NCBI GenBank assembly: GCA_030141605.1
Contig: JAQGDQ010002397.1
Coordinates: forward strand, 42,556 to 99,672
Direction: 5' to 3'
DNA from: Tubiluchus corallicola
Lineage: Eukaryota > Animalia > Priapulida
Length of the DNA stretch: 57,117 nucleotides
Shown here: positions 1-10,215 of the stretch, piece by piece
Numbering within the stretch: the stretch's first letter is position 1
Layout: every line of letters starts with the position of its first letter
Translations under genes and position numbers: made by a program
Notes under the pieces: generated by a model
What the model was told of the DNA's origin: nothing
The model's input: only the letters and a program-made list of their open reading frames with translations
Database searches by the model: none

Positions 1-548
1 GGAGTATGACTACGTCATATTTACAAGTGCTGTAACGGTGGAGCACTTCAAAGAGCATTTTGCAGACTATTCGTTTGGTAAAATAATATGTTTGGGAGAA
101 GCGACAGACAACACCCTGCACAAACATACCGGCAAAAGAGCAGATTTTATACCGACAAAATCCACTTCCGGCGGGATAAAATCTTATTTTGACGGCCTTG
201 ATATCGAAGGGAAGCATTTTTTCCTTCCCGGAGCTGATTCGCGCTGGCAACCTCAATGAGTATTTTGTCAATTTTAGAGCAGCCGTCACTGCATAAATAT
301 ATACAGACCATGCCGATAATAATTTATCTGAGAGTTATGTCGATAGTTTTTTAGAAGCTTACCTTATCAAGGTCATAACGTTTTGCTCCCCATCTGCGGT
401 AAAAGCGTTCCTCGCCCAAGCAGAAATCAAGAATGATGTACAAACTGTGGCAATAGGCGCAACCACAGGAAATTATCTGGTAAAGCAGGGAATTGATGCC
501 CAGTACCCTAAAAAATATTCTATTAAAAGTATGGTAAATATCCTATAA
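1..548 (+). pseudogene. hemD: Uroporphyrinogen-III synthase, 5'-truncated by the window and frameshifted (pseudogene or sequence error)
   Basis: Frame from base 2 reads EYDYVIFTSAVTV...ICLGEAT...ADFIP...LPGA. After shifts near 250-310 another frame reads ITFCSPSAVKAF...VAIGATT...MVNIL with TAA at 546-548. Both are HemD motifs, and the gene lies directly upstream of hemB. Confidence 0.8.
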
Positions 549-569
549 TGCCCTTCGGAGGTGTTTTTT

Positions 570-1547
570 ATGGAGCAGACACCCATTAAGCGCAACAGAA
601 GGCTGCGTAGCTCTGAGGGCGTTCGCAAACTTGTCAGGGAGACGGCTTTGGATGTTTCCGATCTCATCTATCCGCTATTTGTTGTGGAAGGGGCAGGGAT
701 TAAGCGCGAAGTTCCATCCATGAAAGAAGTTTATCAAATGAGTGTTGACAATGTTGTCAAGGAGTGCGAACTTCTCTGTGAACTTGGCGTATTGGGCGTT
801 ATTCTGTTTGGCATACCTTCCTTCAAGGATGAGCTCGGTAGCTCAGCACACCTTGAGGATGGTGTGATACAGAGAGCTGTCGCTGAAATAAAGTCAAGAT
901 GTCCCAGTCTTATAGTTATTACCGACGTATGCCTATGTGAATACACAAGCCATGGACACTGTGGTGTTATAACTGACGGCATTGTTGACAACGATAGAAC
1001 ATTGCCTATACTTAGCATGGAGGCTTTGAGTCATGCAAAAGCGGGAGCGGATATTGTGGCTCCAAGCGATATGATGGACGGCAGAGTGAGACACATGCGA
1101 CAAACCCTCGACGTGAACGGTTTTTGTAATGTGCCGATCCTGAGTTATGCCGTGAAGTATGCGTCAGCGTATTATGGCCCATTCCGCGATGCTGCGATGT
1201 CTGCGCCGTCTTTTGGCGACAGGCGCACCTATCAGATGGACTACGCCAACAGAAGGGAGGCCATCAGGGAAGCGCTGTCAGACATCGACGAAGGGGCGGA
1301 TATAGTCATGGTAAAACCTGCCCTAGCTTATCTTGATATTGTTAGGGAGATAAAAGACGTTGTAAATGTCCCCTTAGGGGCGTACAATGTGTCTGGAGAA
1401 TATTCCATGATAATACAAGCTGAAGCTGCCTCGCTGATAGACGGAGACAGTGTCATCATGGAGACCCTGACATCTATGAAACGCGCAGGAGCCGATATCA
1501 TATTCACCTATTTTGCAAAAAGAGCTGCTGCTACGCTTTTGAGGTAA
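570..1547 (+). CDS. hemB: Porphobilinogen synthase (delta-aminolevulinate dehydratase)
   Basis: DVCLCEYTSHGHCG Zn motif, APSDMMDGR, KYASAYYGPFRDA, MVKP, YNVSGEY. GGAGG RBS precedes ATG 570. Confidence 0.97.
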   Translation: MEQTPIKRNRRLRSSEGVRKLVRETALDVSDLIYPLFVVEGAGIKREVPSMKEVYQMSVDNVVKECELLCELGVLGVILFGIPSFKDELGSSAHLEDGVIQRAVAEIKSRCPSLIVITDVCLCEYTSHGHCGVITDGIVDNDRTLPILSMEALSHAKAGADIVAPSDMMDGRVRHMRQTLDVNGFCNVPILSYAVKYASAYYGPFRDAAMSAPSFGDRRTYQMDYANRREAIREALSDIDEGADIVMVKPALAYLDIVREIKDVVNVPLGAYNVSGEYSMIIQAEAASLIDGDSVIMETLTSMKRAGADIIFTYFAKRAAATLLR

Positions 1548-1556
1548 GGTTAAACT

Positions 1557-2288
1557 ATGTGGCAAAATAACGTCGCCTTCAGATGGCGCAAAGACAACGT
1601 TGACCCCATTGTGGTAGACCTGGAATTGATAGATGAGCTTATCGCTCTGGATGAGCAAAAACGCATAATTTACAAAAATATAGATGCGTTCACAAGAGGG
1701 AAGCCAGCTTTGGATATGTTGCTATGGGGAGAGCCGGGTGGCGGAAAATCCTCCATGGTGAAGCTGCTGTTGCGGGATTTCAGCGACAGATATCTAAAGG
1801 TTGTGGAGTTTGACACAGGGTACGTCAAGAACGTCTACGGCCTTTACAAGCTGGTAAGAAGACAGCCTTACTACTACGTCATATTTTTTGATGATCTCTC
1901 GTTTGACACGAACAATGAAGCATATCGTCAGTTTAAGTCTATCGTGGAGGGCGGGCTTGAAGAAAAGCCGCGTAACGTAATATATACGGTCACCACAAAC
2001 CGCAGATTCCTCATGGGAGCAACCGCAAGGGATAGCAGTGACGACATATTTGAAAGGGATGAAGATCATGAGAGACTCTCCCTTTGCAACCGTTTTGGTC
2101 TCACCGTAAGGTTTTCAAGCCTGGAGCAGCCCGATTTTTACAAGATCGCTACATACTACCTCAAAAAGTTTAAAGTGGCCCCATTTGAGGGCTGGGAAAA
2201 AGAAGCGGAATCTTTTGCTCTCAATAAAGGCGGTAGATCTGGCAGGACAGCAAAGCAGTTTGCAATATACAAATCTGTAGTATCGTAA
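1557..2288 (+). CDS. DUF815-family AAA+ ATPase
   Basis: LLWGEPGGGKSS Walker A, IFFDDLSF, KSIVEGGLE, TTNRR, RFGL and C-terminal GRSGRTA, all typical of DUF815. Confidence 0.88.
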   Translation: MWQNNVAFRWRKDNVDPIVVDLELIDELIALDEQKRIIYKNIDAFTRGKPALDMLLWGEPGGGKSSMVKLLLRDFSDRYLKVVEFDTGYVKNVYGLYKLVRRQPYYYVIFFDDLSFDTNNEAYRQFKSIVEGGLEEKPRNVIYTVTTNRRFLMGATARDSSDDIFERDEDHERLSLCNRFGLTVRFSSLEQPDFYKIATYYLKKFKVAPFEGWEKEAESFALNKGGRSGRTAKQFAIYKSVVS

Positions 2289-2399
2289 ACTGGATCACAC
2301 TTTAGATGATATTACAAAAAATAAATAGAAAATCGATTAGAGCAAGTTTTTTTGCATCAGGTGCCAACTGGGTACAAATTTTTAGGAGATGCTGTAAAG

Positions 2400-2670
2400 A
2401 TGAACAAGGAACAACTTACAACAAAAATTTCTAATATGACAGACCTTACAAAGGGCGACATCACCAAGTTTTTGAACGCTTTCACGGAAGCCGTTGTTGA
2501 AGACCTGCAAAACGGTGGTAAAGTATCCCTGGTAGGCTTTGGCGTATTCAAGGTCACAGACCGTGTGGCGAGGAAAGGCTACAACCCGAATGGCGGAAAG
2601 AGATAGACATACAGGAAGAAAACTCAAAGTTTCAACCCGGAAAAGGCTCAAGGATGTCGTCGGCAGATAG
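2400..2670 (+). pseudogene. hup: HU-family DNA-binding protein with frameshifted C-terminus
   Basis: MNKEQL...VSLVGFGVFKVTDRVARKGYNP. The remainder (EIDI...KFQPGK / LKDVVGR*, TAG 2668-2670) is in two other frames. Confidence 0.85.
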
Positions 2671-2783
2671 ACCTTAGAATGTAGCCGGTGGGGATATATC
2701 ATCTGGGGGCTTTTCGGCAAATTCGTATTTTTCATGGACATATAAGCTGTAACGTCCCAAAGCACACTCATTCCCAAAAAGGT

Positions 2784-3095
2784 TTAGTTCGATTTATCTA
2801 CAGAATTTATCAGGTAGTCTATCAACAGATCTTTTTCTTTGTGTGCTTCGTCGTTTTCTATCAGCCAGTTTGCAAATGTTCTTGCTTGGTCCAAATTTTG
2901 GAAACATACGGTTGCTCTGCCCGCCTCATCAAAACATTCCGTGAAGATGACATTACTTAAAATCGGCGTTTCCACTTTCTCAGGGATTATCGGCTCTGTC
3001 GTGACGCATATCCGTGAGCAACTCATTGATAGTATTAGCATGCTCTGTAGCACTATCAGCTTCTTCCACTCTATTTTTTCGCAAAATAGTCTCAT
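2784..3095 (-). CDS. Putative o-spanin-like lipoprotein
   Basis: Basic/hydrophobic N-terminus ending LSMSC (imperfect lipobox). It overlaps the 3' part of the upstream TM-coiled-coil gene in another frame, as Rz/Rz1-type spanins do. Confidence 0.55.
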   Translation of the reverse strand: MRLFCEKIEWKKLIVLQSMLILSMSCSRICVTTEPIIPEKVETPILSNVIFTECFDEAGRATVCFQNLDQARTFANWLIENDEAHKEKDLLIDYLINSVDKSN

Positions 3096-3285
3096 CCTTC
3101 ACTCTTCCCACGGCATTAATGTAGTCTTCATAATTCTCTTTTATCCCCCTTAATTCTCTCTTAAGAGAATAAAGAGTTCTTCTCATATCAAGATACTTGC
3201 TCCTGTAATGAAGCAACCCAACAGCGCTAACAACAATAGCCGCCACTGCACCAATTGTCCCTATTATCCTTTCTTTTAACATCAC
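2980..3285 (-). CDS. Putative i-spanin-like protein
   Basis: Single N-terminal TM (IIGTIGAVAAIVVSAVGLL) followed by a charged helical region; positioned after holin and endolysin. Confidence 0.55.
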   Translation of the reverse strand: MMLKERIIGTIGAVAAIVVSAVGLLHYRSKYLDMRRTLYSLKRELRGIKENYEDYINAVGRVKDETILRKNRVEEADSATEHANTINELLTDMRHDRADNP

Positions 3286-3509
3286 TGCACCTTTTCACTC
3301 TCTCCCTTTGCCTGAGATGCCTGCACTTTTGCATCTCCATACCCCTTTATCCCCACGTAAGCCGGAAGAGTGCCCGCCAATATGGGCATAGTTAAGCCTA
3401 GCCAACTCTCAGAATATCCATGCAAAATAGATAATACGCCGAATACCCCTACATATGCGGAAGCAATGATTACAGTTATAAATTTTCTGCTATTAATCTT
3501 CTTCTTCAT
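3282..3509 (-). CDS. Putative holin (small, two TM segments)
   Basis: MKKKINSRKF followed by two hydrophobic segments and a charged tail; ATGA overlap with the endolysin stop. Confidence 0.55.
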   Translation of the reverse strand: MKKKINSRKFITVIIASAYVGVFGVLSILHGYSESWLGLTMPILAGTLPAYVGIKGYGDAKVQASQAKGESEKVQ

Positions 3510-3856
3510 ACGTATATCCACATTTTATTTTCAGATTTATCTTTATCTACGTCCACATGAACGAATGTTTCGCCAACCCCTATTCTATTGAAACCAACCC
3601 TGATAAACGCATCTATCATGAAAAATCGCTCATCAGCACCACAGACAATATCCACAGCCAACCCCCTTAGATGTGAAGAGTTTTCACTCCCCCCTACGCT
3701 CCTATTGTGCGGTACACATCTGTATCCACTGGAAACCACCATAGGCTTTCCATACATTTTTCTAGCCCTGTCGATGGTTTTGCACAACGATGGAGAAATG
3801 TACTCCTCGCCACAACCGCATTTACAGGCAAATTCACCTTTTTTGAAGTAATTCAC
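3506..3856 (-). CDS. Peptidase M15A-family zinc peptidase (endolysin-like)
   Basis: YFKKGEFACKCGCG, SSGYRC..HN..VGG...SSHLRGLAVDI, RIG....FVHVD. GTG start after AAGGAG overlaps the upstream TGA. Confidence 0.88.
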   Translation of the reverse strand: MNYFKKGEFACKCGCGEEYISPSLCKTIDRARKMYGKPMVVSSGYRCVPHNRSVGGSENSSHLRGLAVDIVCGADERFFMIDAFIRVGFNRIGVGETFVHVDVDKDKSENKMWIYV

Positions 3857-4173
3857 GATGCACTCCTTACAACTTCCCACACGAGCCTACTCACAACCAC
3901 TGCGAGTATGCCTAAAAAAAGTTTGTCTCTATTTTCAACCCTTGTGTGTGTTTGATTTATCCTTTTTCTCAAAAAATCTAATTTTTCTTCAAAGCGTATG
4001 ATCTTCTCGTAAGAATCTGTAACCTTTTCCAGAGCATTGCAGATGTTGAGTAGCTCCAATTGTAATTTTTCCGTTTTTAGCACCAGTTCATGATTGTTTT
4101 CATTGGCTTTAGCTACCTTTTCTTCCAGCATTTTCAATCTTTCGTCATTCAGCTTGCTTTGCTGTGCTGCCAT
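3853..4173 (-). CDS. Coiled-coil protein with C-terminal TM anchor (phage lysis-module associated, XhlA-like architecture)
   Basis: Heptad-rich body plus LFLGILAVVVSRLVW; first gene of the coupled cassette. Confidence 0.5.
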   Translation of the reverse strand: MAAQQSKLNDERLKMLEEKVAKANENNHELVLKTEKLQLELLNICNALEKVTDSYEKIIRFEEKLDFLRKRINQTHTRVENRDKLFLGILAVVVSRLVWEVVRSAS

Positions 4174-4503
4174 ATAGTTCACCCTTATTCTATATTTGTT
4201 TTGATATGTCTACTCATTGCTACGTACAATACTTTAAAACAATGTCAAACTTGTGGAGTAATGAAAATGTGAGATAAACGCTGAACCCAGTCCTAGTTGG
4301 TGGGAAGCGCGTCACGTATTTTGAAAGTAATCCGATTAAGATCGAAAAAAGATGATGATAGACCGACAAACTGATAAAGCGCCATGTCAGACGTTTAACT
4401 GTCTCAAATCTCCCGTAATTATACCGCAAATACAGAATATTTTCAATGACAATCCGACGAGTACGACCAGAAATACGGAGATAAGTAGAAGGGACGGGGG
4501 AAA

Positions 4504-4576
4504 AGCTGGCGATAGGAATTGAACCCACAACCTGCTGATTACAAGTCAGCTGCTCTACCATTTGAGCTACGCCAGC
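4504..4576 (-). tRNA. tRNA-Thr(TGT), CCA not encoded
   Basis: Reverse complement GCTGGCGTAGCTCAAATGGTAGAGCAGCTGACT-TGT-AATCAGCAGGTTGTGGGTTCAATTCCTATCGCCAGCT folds as a cloverleaf. Confidence 0.97.
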
Positions 4577-4622
4577 AATTAAGTCCCGACGCTTCCAAAC
4601 CATGACGCTTGAAAGCATAAAG

Positions 4623-4651
4623 ATAATATGACATCAACCAACCTGTGTCAA
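4623..4651 (-). promoter_or_regulatory. Sigma70-type promoter of tRNA-Thr
   Basis: TTGACA-N17-TATTAT on the minus strand, about 45 nt upstream of the tRNA. Confidence 0.7.
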
Positions 4652-5028
4652 GTATATTGTTAGTACAGTCATTTAAAAAAATCTTAACATGAGTAAAAAA
4701 TCGAATTAACTTGCCATTTTGCAATAGCAAGTGCGCCGAAGGGTGAGCCTGTAGCACAATCAACACTGCAGCTGGAACCGCTTGAACCAAGCAAAATCAC
4801 TTATGACGCCAAGGCAATACCACTCATACTACGTTAGATAATCGCTCTGCAAAACTTGGCAATATAGCTCAAAAATTCGGTTGACAAAACATAACAGCAA
4901 CTATCTCGATTATCAAAACAGCTTGTGCTACTGACTACGAAAATATAAAATCATGATTGATCTTTGTCTTTAATTATGTCACTCTTATGGATCGAATAAT
5001 TACTTTTCTTGAGGAGGGGGATGTCGTA

Positions 5029-6420
5029 ATGGTAAATTTGCAATCTATTATAGGCACACAAACGATAAGCGGTGGACAGTTAGAAAGCTTGATGGCTTAT
5101 CTTGCACTTTTGGGTTTATTGTTGTTCATCGCTATTGAACTTCGTCAAAGGATAAGCATATTTAGAAGTCTGTTCATTCCAGCGTCACTCATAGCTGGTC
5201 TGCTGGGGCTTGCTTTGGGTCAGTATGGCTTAAAAGTATTTCCTCAAGAAATGATGACAAGTATATCGAGTTTACCTGGCAGGCTGATCTCTGTCGTGTT
5301 TGCACCTATGTTGATAGGTGTTGCTTTCATTAATCCTAGGAAGGTAAAGGATATTGTGTTGCCACAGATCCTTTACAGCTATCTGGGCAGCTGCCTGCTG
5401 ATAGGCGTTCCTTTGCTGTTTGTCGCTCTTGTCTTAATACCTTTTGGAGATGCTAATCCGCTCTTTGGCACAATAATTGAGGTTGGCTGGGCAGGAGGTC
5501 ACGGTACTGCCGGTGGACTAGCCGATGAGTATGTAAAGTACGGATGGGAACCAGGCGGAGATCTGGGTCTGACATCTGCAACCGTGGGACTGTTTTATGG
5601 CATAATTGCGGGAATGTTCCTGATCAACTATGGAGTGAGAAAAGGATACACCGCTCATCTTCACGTACACAGTGAGCTGAATACGGGCAGTAATGACGGG
5701 GATATACTACCCAAAGAAAAGCAAGTTTCAGGATCTAAAGTCACTTTTAACAAGGATGTTGTTGAAACGTTCGCCTTTCATGCAGCTTTAATAGGCATCG
5801 CTATTCTAATAGGTAAGGTAATAGTGCTTCTCATCAAATGGTCAACCGGCTTCTCTATGCCCCTATTCCCCATGGCGATGATGGGCGGCTTCATATTGAA
5901 TCTCATTTTAGAAAGGACAAAATACAAGGAAGCCATCGACAAGGAGACGTTAAATAGAATACAGACCCTTGCAATTGAGATACTCATTATCGCGGCTATT
6001 GCCAGTATTAAAGTTCCTGTGGTACTGGAATATGCAGCACCTTTCCTGCTGCTAATGGTTTTGGGCATGGGTGTCATGTACTTCTATTTTATGTACTTCG
6101 GTCCCAAGTTTTTCAAAGAGACGTGGTTTGAGAATGCCATCGTTAATTTCGGAGCCATGGCCGGGGTGACAGCTGTGGGGCTTATGTTGCTCAGGACCGT
6201 TGACCCTGAAATGAAAACAGACGTGTTCAAAGCATTTGCCCTTAGAGCACCCTTTTTTAGCCCATTCGCCGGCGGTGGACTTATTACGACCATGATGATT
6301 GTTGTGACGTACAAATACGGTGCCCTTATCATCGGTTCAATATTTCTTGCAAGCGCTGTTGCTATCGTCGTATTTGCAAGGTTCTCCGGCATTTGGAACA
6401 ATATGCCAAAAAAACGATAA
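5029..6420 (+). CDS. Sodium/glutamate symporter (GltS/ESS family)
   Basis: Multi-TM protein with FIPASLIAG, GWAGGHGTAGG, SATVGL and GVTAVGLMLLRTVDP; GAGGAGG RBS before ATG 5029. Confidence 0.85.
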   Translation: MVNLQSIIGTQTISGGQLESLMAYLALLGLLLFIAIELRQRISIFRSLFIPASLIAGLLGLALGQYGLKVFPQEMMTSISSLPGRLISVVFAPMLIGVAFINPRKVKDIVLPQILYSYLGSCLLIGVPLLFVALVLIPFGDANPLFGTIIEVGWAGGHGTAGGLADEYVKYGWEPGGDLGLTSATVGLFYGIIAGMFLINYGVRKGYTAHLHVHSELNTGSNDGDILPKEKQVSGSKVTFNKDVVETFAFHAALIGIAILIGKVIVLLIKWSTGFSMPLFPMAMMGGFILNLILERTKYKEAIDKETLNRIQTLAIEILIIAAIASIKVPVVLEYAAPFLLLMVLGMGVMYFYFMYFGPKFFKETWFENAIVNFGAMAGVTAVGLMLLRTVDPEMKTDVFKAFALRAPFFSPFAGGGLITTMMIVVTYKYGALIIGSIFLASAVAIVVFARFSGIWNNMPKKR

Positions 6421-6449
6421 AAACATTCGGTTAAAAAAATGCCAAGGGG

Positions 6450-7622
6450 ATGCGCATGAGAAGTTTGGAGATAACTGTTTGTGGATGTGGAAATGGAGCT
6501 CACGCTTGTGCCGCTCTGCTTTCGAAAAAGGGACACAAGGTCTCCATATATAGCCCCTTGGCAGAAGAAGTAGAGAAGTTTAGGGAAAATAATTCTGACT
6601 TGAAAATGAGCTTGGAAGTAGGTGGAGAACAATTTGATGATCTCCCGCTAAATGTAGTTACTACTGACCCTGAAGAGGCTATTCCGAGCTCATCGGTTGT
6701 GTTTGTGATAGTTCCGGCCTTTGCACATTCAAATGTGGTGAACAATATCAGAAAACACCTTCCAAAAAAATCCTTGCTTGCCATAGTTCCGAGCCGAGGA
6801 GGTTTTGAATATGAAGCCAAGGCAAAGCTTGCGGGACATACAATCATGGGGCTGCAAACCCTGCCTTGGGCATGTAGAATCAAGGAATTTGGCAAATCTG
6901 TCCAGATTCTAGGAACAAAAAAATCTGTCCAAACCGGATGCATGCCCGAAGACATATCCGACATATATCTGAAGCAAATGGAAGACCTCCTTGACATCGA
7001 CCTTGACAAAGTTTCAAGCATGACAACCTTAACCCTAGGCAATGTGGGACAGATAATTCACCCGGGCATAATGTACGGCTTATTTAAAGATAATCCGAAT
7101 GTAACATACTTGAAAGATGAGACGCCCCTGTTTTACCAAGGAGTAGATGAGACTGTGGCGACGATCTTGAAAAACTTATCAGATGAAATAATATCGGTCG
7201 CACATGTTTTGTCGGAGAAGTATGGTATCGTTAATGCGGACGAAGTTCTACCTTTAGAAAAATGGCTTATGAACTCATACAACCACTCGATCAAAGATCG
7301 GACTTCGATGAAGACGATGTTTAACACAAATGAAAGCTATCAGGGGTTGAAAGTTCCTTCTAAAAAGGTAGACGATACCTACTATGCCCCCAACTTTCAC
7401 GACAGATACATCACGGAAGACGTTCCCTACGGACTATTGATAGTCAAATCCCTTGCTCAAATGATTCCGTTGGAAACTCCACAAATGGACGAAGTTATTA
7501 AAGGTTTGGGAAGGTGGAACGATGAAAACTACTTTGAAACCCTCATTGCCATCAAGAAATTTTCCAAAAAAAGTAGGATCCCAGAATTCTATTCCTATAA
7601 TGACATCAGCTCCCTCATGTAA
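6450..7622 (+). CDS. NAD-dependent opine (octopine/tauropine-type) dehydrogenase
   Basis: GCGNGAH Rossmann motif, VPAFAH, QTLPWACRIKEFG, IHPGI, PLFYQG, RYITEDVPYGL. Confidence 0.9.
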   Translation: MRMRSLEITVCGCGNGAHACAALLSKKGHKVSIYSPLAEEVEKFRENNSDLKMSLEVGGEQFDDLPLNVVTTDPEEAIPSSSVVFVIVPAFAHSNVVNNIRKHLPKKSLLAIVPSRGGFEYEAKAKLAGHTIMGLQTLPWACRIKEFGKSVQILGTKKSVQTGCMPEDISDIYLKQMEDLLDIDLDKVSSMTTLTLGNVGQIIHPGIMYGLFKDNPNVTYLKDETPLFYQGVDETVATILKNLSDEIISVAHVLSEKYGIVNADEVLPLEKWLMNSYNHSIKDRTSMKTMFNTNESYQGLKVPSKKVDDTYYAPNFHDRYITEDVPYGLLIVKSLAQMIPLETPQMDEVIKGLGRWNDENYFETLIAIKKFSKKSRIPEFYSYNDISSLM

Positions 7623-9139
7623 ACAATGTCAAAGTAAAGACGTCTCCTTTAACAACATTGCGGGGCATAACCACCGATACTAGATAATTGAATTTGCATG
7701 TCGCTGTGAAGAGGATGAGCTAACCGTCTGTCAGGTCTTCTTGTATCTCGATATTCTCTTTGCGAATTTTTTAGCAAAATTAGCAGATAGTCAGCCAGAA
7801 TGTGGCTTTTGCCCCGTATCTGCTGACGTTGTAAAATATTCAACAAATTTTTAAACAATTATTTATGCTTTTTAAACAACGCAAGCGTCCCATCTTGCAT
7901 ATTTTGGAGTTGTACTTAGGGTATCAACAATGGCATTTCTGCCAATTATCCCTCTGCTTCTCGATTAGACCTGTGTTGCACCACGGCAAACCTTACATTG
8001 CACAAAATTTAATCACTTCACGGCAAACCCCCACCGTTACTATATTTCGCATGTGGAAAGTCTGTTAATATCTTCTTAGCTAAAATATGAAAAATTTTCA
8101 ACAGGCACCATACACAGATTACGGTCGAGCTAAATGTATGAAATCTTCGCTCACCTTTGGCTCAATATTTTATGGGATATAAAAATCTGAAGAGTTTGAC
8201 AAGAGATGCGGTGGGTAGATAAACCGCAGCGCAACGCTTTATACAGATGCACACAAAGCATAATATCAAGTCCGTCTGATTGGCAAATAAATCGTCAGTT
8301 ACGGCAGTTCAGGGAATGTAAGCTCGGTGGTTTGGAGGATATGTTTTCCTCAAAATATCACAGCCGGCGCCGTCGAGGTAAGCAAAGTGATTTTATGCCT
8401 CCTCATAAAATACACCTCCGCCCACTTCATCTACCAATCGGTTACTTTCATACTGTTTAAGTCAAAAACAGAGAAGATTATTTACAATTCGTACATTTTG
8501 CAATATGCCAACAATCTCTTAAATGTGAACAAAGTCTGAAAAGTCTGCACAAACTTTTTGCTATTTCCCATCCACCCACGTACTAAAGCAAGCCCCTTCA
8601 CTCATCCAAGTGTTTTTGTGTCAATTTTGCAATCCGTTGCGACAACTCTTCATTTTTTCTGTAAAACAGTTGGCAAATTTTAGTGTATAGCTGCAAAATA
8701 CAAGTTCTTCTGCAAACAAAACGGAAAATATTATGACAAGCTTACTACGTGGATAACTGACACGTATGCAACGATAGACTCAGATGGCATACTTATTGAG
8801 CAGAAAAAAACTGAACAACTCCTATACAAAAGTCATGGAAAGTGCTGACATAGGGGGCCCAGGGATGTTTGGAGAAAATGTGGCAAGAACGATACTGGAG
8901 GCTACACAGGAAAGGGATCTCAAAGCAGGGTATAGTCCAAACATAAGTGCAACAATGCAATGTATTGAGCAAAATACGGCAAGCAAAGTCAAAGAAGATG
9001 GTTCGCGACCAACGTAGCCCACAATATGTCAATGACAGCTTCGCATGCGCACAACGCAAACTAAGAAGACAAGTTCGGACAGACGTTTTTGGTGACAACT
9101 AATTAGGAGTAGTATAAAACAACCAGCACCATGGTTCTA

Positions 9140-9638
9140 TTACTGCAGCTTTTGTAAGCCACCTCTTTGCTTTAGCATCCCTATTCTCTTCAGAGTTAGA
9201 TTGCGTCCTAGCTCATATTGAACATCTACAAGACCGGTTTCTGCTGCTTTTCTCCACCATTTTTAGCTTTGTCAACATGCTCCTGCCGGTGGCACAAAAC
9301 ACCTAAACTGTTCTGGGCATCCATACCCCCAGCTTCTGCAGCTTTTGTGTACTATTCAATGGCTTTGTCGAGATCTCCCCGATCTTCGTATAAAAAGCCT
9401 AAATTGTACTGGGCTACCAGGATGACCTGCCTCCGCTGCTTTTGTCACTCACTCAAAAGCTTGATCAACGTTCCCTCGTTCATAGTGCAAGCTAGCTAGG
9501 TCAAACTGAGCCGCCATATCTTCGGCTTGAGCTTTCCCTAAGAGTTTGGGGTCTATACCTTGAGCAAATGCCGCAGCTGTTAGCAATATGAAAAGCAGAA
9601 TAAAAACAGCCAGAATGCCAGCACCTATGAAATCTCAT
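9140..9638 (-). pseudogene. Secreted Sel1-repeat protein, decayed
   Basis: Signal peptide ...LTAAAFAQ, then repeats AQFDLASLHY..AFE*VTKAAEAG, AQYNLGFLY..AIE*YTKAAEAG, AQNSLG, WWRKAAETG. In-frame TGA (9449-9451), TAG (9352-9354) and frameshifts. Confidence 0.85.
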
Positions 9639-10215
9639 AAAACACCACACACACCCGTGTTTTGTCCTAAAGAATCAACCTGTACTATCAATCTGCCGTT
9701 TAGACTAAAAGTAAAGGGAAATATTCACAGCCTACACAATTTACAATATGTTAATGATGTCGTTACGCACATATCCCGGATGATGGGCTATCAATCGGTC
9801 AGCTATTTCTTATCCCCTCAATCAGGAGCGAGGAAGATTATTCACGGTCGACACAGTTCGCAAAATGTTAAAGACAACATTATATGCGTTGTGAACAGCA
9901 TCTATCAGGGAGACAGGGAGAAGGTAGCGATTAGAGCCATAACTACACCACATTAAAAACGTTTAGAACGTTCAAAAAGTTATAAAGGACTCTACGATGA
10001 TGCTACAAAATTAATAACCAACACAATCCACAATACGTCAATCACAGCACTGTATGCACGCAGAGAAAATCAAGATAAAAAGTTTGTACAAACCTCTTAG
10101 CAGAAGACACAATACCTAAATGCTACAGAAATAAACTACAAACGCAAGAACGGAGAGAAAAGCGGGCAAAATCCATCTTTACAGACTGTTAAGAGGATGT
10201 TAGGGGTTCAAATTT

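Larger units (their letters stand above)
2784..4173 (-). mobile_element. Orphan phage-type lysis cassette (prophage remnant) downstream of tRNA-Thr
   Basis: Five overlapping, translationally coupled small genes. No integrase or virion genes were seen nearby. Confidence 0.65.

Noticed and set aside
4730-4795. CGCCGAAGG upstream of the GltS gene resembling a glycine riboswitch
   Set aside because: No upstream GGAGA and no downstream CUCUCAGG element
7649-9020. Short ORFs (e.g. 8206-8460, 8784-9017) as possible genes
   Set aside because: No recognisable family or convincing RBS; treated as decayed sequence
9340-9460. Stop codons at conserved Trp positions in Sel1 repeats suggesting genetic-code reassignment
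   Set aside because: Both TGA and TAG occur alongside frameshifts, and intact genes use TGG for Trp and TGA/TAG as stops; simple G-to-A decay explains it
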